64,000 bases of DNA, from positions 192,001-256,000 of the forward strand of contig CAVYYI010000003.1 in assembly GCA_963772725.1 (NCBI GenBank). The letters run 5' to 3'. Positions 63,579-64,000 of the stretch are shown here, piece after piece. Source of the stretch: an uncultured Phycisphaerales bacterium. GTDB taxonomy: Bacteria > Planctomycetota > Phycisphaerae > Sedimentisphaerales > Anaerobacaceae. The position numbers and the translations under genes are program-made. How positions within the stretch are numbered: position 1 is the first letter of the stretch; each line of letters opens with the position of its first letter. The notes below the pieces were generated by a model, which did not search any database, had not been told where the DNA came from, and saw only the letters and a program-made list of their open reading frames with translations.

Positions 63579-64000
63579 TTAATTCCACTTATGTTTTTTG
63601 ACCGAAGCGAGAATCATCTCTGCGCATTCCATCGCGGCGAGGCCCTCTTCAACGCTAACCTCCGGCCTGAGAGTCTTATCGGTTATGGCTTTTAAAAAAG
63701 CCTCCTGCTCAACACGCAGCGGCTCCTTGTCATCGATAACCATCTCCTCAATGTGCAAAAGGTCAGGCCAATTAACACTCAAAAGGTTGAAATCGCCCTT
63801 AGCCTGCTGTTCTTTTATCCAGTTGATGACATTAACATTGGGGCCGGCCTTGATGATAATGCCGCTCTTTTTGAGATAATCCATACTCAGGTACGCCTGC
63901 CGGCTGAAGACTCGCACTTTTCTTTCCGTTTTAAGAGCGAGTCGCGAGGCGGTAATATTGGCGATGCACCCGTTTTCAAAGACGATTCGCGCGTTGCAGA
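63579..64000 (-). CDS. Gfo/Idh/MocA-family oxidoreductase, C-terminal part (5' end off the window)
   Basis: NARIVFENGCIANITASRLALKTERKVRVFS..EPLRVEQEAFL..PEVSVEEGLAAM. Confidence 0.8.
   Translation of the reverse strand, partial: CNARIVFENGCIANITASRLALKTERKVRVFSRQAYLSMDYLKKSGIIIKAGPNVNVINWIKEQQAKGDFNLLSVNWPDLLHIEEMVIDDKEPLRVEQEAFLKAITDKTLRPEVSVEEGLAAMECAEMILASVKKHKWN

Overview
Chromosomal segment of a bacterium whose gene content and protein style (dockerin and DPN/EPN-rich secreted proteins, long-N-terminus secretin, TIGR03790-like protein) suggest Planctomycetota, probably Phycisphaerae/Sedimentisphaerales (inference). The assembly contains many single-base indels, concentrated in conserved genes (glyQS, asnS, thrC, clpC). 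The housekeeping backbone is cobO, glyQS, asnS, rsmA, pdxA, ribE, thrC, miaA, ispA, ftsY, lemA, nrdR, aroA, aroC, tsaB, clpC and thyX. Accessory content: (i) an IS5-family element with a TAA duplication inserted in the signal-peptide codons of a sialidase pseudogene; (ii) an archaeal-type ThyA-like gene beside an AT-rich winged-helix/HNH nuclease, although thyX is also present; (iii) a cluster of two ArnT-like genes, a ChbG-type deacetylase, a GT2, a LAB_N protein and a pseudophosphatase, with an intact IS66 element in its divergent promoter; (iv) nrdR followed by a stand-alone double ATP-cone protein, with tandem NrdR-box-like sites upstream; (v) an ~11.4 kb gene for a giant secreted S8 protease/beta-helix/dockerin/FN3-like protein, downstream of a secretin and a barrel-less paralog of that secretin's N-terminus; (vi) a ~3 kb phage-like remnant with replication-protein fragments, an origin-like repeat tract, an HNH-AP2-SH3-like fusion and a DUF2335-like gene; (vii) dispersed short palindromic repeats. 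No rRNA, tRNA or CRISPR array was found.
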